Of a stretch of DNA of 64,000 bases, positions 63,290-64,000 are shown piece after piece. How positions within the stretch are numbered: the stretch's first letter is position 1; every line of letters begins with the position of its first letter. Source of the DNA: Chiloscyllium plagiosum (taxonomy: Eukaryota); contig NC_057722.1 of assembly GCF_004010195.1 (NCBI RefSeq), positions 36,372,638 through 36,436,637 of the forward strand. The letters run 5' to 3'. The notes below the pieces were generated by a model that had not been told where the DNA came from, did no database searches, and saw only the letters and a program-made list of their open reading frames with translations. The position numbers were made by a program, and so were the translations under genes.

Positions 63290-64000
63290 AGTCTGAATGT
63301 ATGCATGTTGCAGATTTGAAATGCATCTCCAGAGATCTTTTTTAACATGAGGGTTTCTGCCTCTGGTATTCTTTCTGGTAGTGAGTTCCAGACACTTGCC
63401 CTTTGGGTGAAAAATCCTTCTTTTCTACTTGTGCCCCACTCCAATATTGTTACTTTAAATCTATACCTCTTAAACACTGCCCATGCTCCATGCTTTCCTA
63501 GCCACTTTATTGAGCCCTTCACTATTTTCTATATTTCCATCAAAACTCTCCTCAGCTGAAGAATAACTCCAGTTTCCCAAATCTGTCTTCATATGTGCAT
63601 TTTTCCAGTCTAGGTAAAATCCTAGCAAATGTGTGTGGCATTTACTCTAGTGCAGTTACTGAGTTCTTTTTTAAAAAATCACTGTTGAGGCATGATATGA
63701 TACCTCTGGAGCCTTTAAAATTCTTTATGCAATGAGGTGACCAGAATGCACACATTATAAATTGTTTAATAGGTGGAACTTGAGTAGATTTCCAGGCTAG
63801 CCTGTCTACTCTTATTCTATACCTCATGCTCATAAAAGAAAGCATTCCACATGCTGCCTTGAACATCTACTTGACCTGATCTGCTACCTTCTGGGATCTG
63901 TCGCCTTTCACCCTGAGGTCCTTAATTTCCTCTGCACCTTTTTGATATATTCCTGTTAATTGTGCATTTCTTTGCCCATGTGCATCATCTTGCAGTTCTC
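63290..64000 (-). mobile_element. Degraded CR1 3' fragment
   Basis: FFTQRASVWNSLPE and CAFWSPHC. Confidence 0.7.

Noticed and set aside
64-63866. Most ORF-track entries of 60-200 aa (for example 41574-42260, 49606-50205, 6934-7458)
   Set aside because: They are sense or antisense readings of CR1, SINE or microsatellite sequence with no independent gene structure.
1-64000. CRISPR arrays, operons, rRNA or other prokaryotic systems
   Set aside because: The sequence is vertebrate with spliceosomal introns; no regularly spaced repeat-spacer array or rRNA similarity was seen.

Overview
Eukaryotic, intron-rich, repeat-dense DNA. It is very likely from a shark or other elasmobranch, inferred from HE1-like V-SINEs, DeuSINE/SacSINE-like copies and abundant CR1-clade LINEs. 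Three genes can be read directly. (1) A complete 5-exon NCEH1/AADACL1 on the minus strand (33184 to 11047, 408 aa, all introns GT-AG and in phase). (2) A 3-exon THAP zinc-finger gene on the plus strand (33743 to 43634, about 402 aa, with an HCF1-binding motif and coiled coil), head-to-head with NCEH1 across 558 bp containing ZNF143/THAP11, CCAAT, CRE and YY1 motifs. (3) The first coding exon of ECT2 (58628-58757) behind a multi-CCAAT/CHR/E2F cell-cycle promoter. NCEH1 and ECT2 are direct neighbours in human, so the THAP gene is an extra locus here. The rest is mostly CR1 fragments, SINEs, two solo LTRs and many short fold-back insertions derived from Penelope-like element ends. Several of those insertions carry minimal hammerhead-ribozyme cores and clear target-site duplications. 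Repeat boundaries are approximate and family names come from recognition, not a database search.
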